From an uncultured Chloroflexia bacterium (GTDB taxonomy: Bacteria; Chloroflexota; Limnocylindria; QHBO01): a DNA stretch of 64,000 nucleotides. Positions 63,808-64,000 of the stretch are shown in pieces. The notes below the pieces were generated by a model that was not told the DNA's origin, searched no databases, and saw nothing but the letters and a program-made list of their open reading frames with translations. Made by a program: the position numbers and the translations under genes. The stretch covers positions 96,001 to 160,000 of the forward strand of contig CAWFCQ010000005.1 of the NCBI GenBank assembly GCA_963814375.1, read 5' to 3'. Position 1 is the first letter of the stretch. Each line of letters begins with the position of its first letter.

Positions 63808-64000
63808 TCAGTAGCTCAGGAGCGCGTGGATCTCGAACTCGCCGAGCTTGTCGCGCCCGCGGAGCGCGCTCAGCTCGACCATGAACGAGAGGCCAGCGAT
63901 CTCGCCGCCGAGCCGCCGGACGAGCTCGATGGTGCCCATCACCGTCCCGCCGGTCGCCAGCAGGTCGTCGACGATGAGGACGCTCTGTCCGGGCTCGATC
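63808..64000 (-). CDS. apt: Adenine phosphoribosyltransferase, 3' part (runs off the window)
   Basis: Minus strand reads [39 protein letters not shown]. Confidence 0.9.
   Translation of the reverse strand, partial: IEPGQSVLIVDDLLATGGTVMGTIELVRRLGGEIAGLSFMVELSALRGRDKLGEFEIHALLSY

Overview
A very GC-rich, gene-dense bacterial chromosomal segment of mostly core genes. Gene content (Chloroflexota-type small SWIM protein, TPR and DUF5656-like proteins, minimal anti-sigma) suggests Chloroflexota, possibly a Limnocylindria/Ellin6529-like lineage; this is inference only. Main blocks: nucleoside ABC permeases and nucleoside catabolism (add, deoC, paired aldehyde dehydrogenases, apt); mrp; two PIG-L deacetylases; ccsA; yyaL; csoR; a DNA-metabolism block (polX, membrane protein, TPR/HIRAN-like protein, 926-aa methyltransferase-like/nuclease fusion); a CGNR regulator with two divergent micro-ORFs; ECF sigma-ogt; sodN/sodX; a birA-ECF-acc-fab operon; trpS; oppABCDF; a cobalamin riboswitch with btuFCD; manC/pgm/pgi; proC; metK; ahcY. 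About a dozen genes carry single-base frameshifts, most likely long-read indel errors. No rRNA, tRNA, CRISPR array or mobile element was recognised. Best candidates for undescribed biology: (1) a degenerate DNA methyltransferase fused to a PD-(D/E)xK-like nuclease and ending in a beta-clamp-type motif (QLTMF), co-transcribed with a TPR-HIRAN-like protein next to polX; (2) a second BCCP paralog lacking the biotinylated lysine (plant BADC-like) inside the acc/fab operon, which also contains an ECF sigma/minimal anti-sigma pair; (3) twin GTAAC-N20-GTTAC operators between a CGNR regulator and two small peptides; (4) a possible single-hairpin six-C-loop sRNA. All calls come from motif reading by eye; no searches were run.
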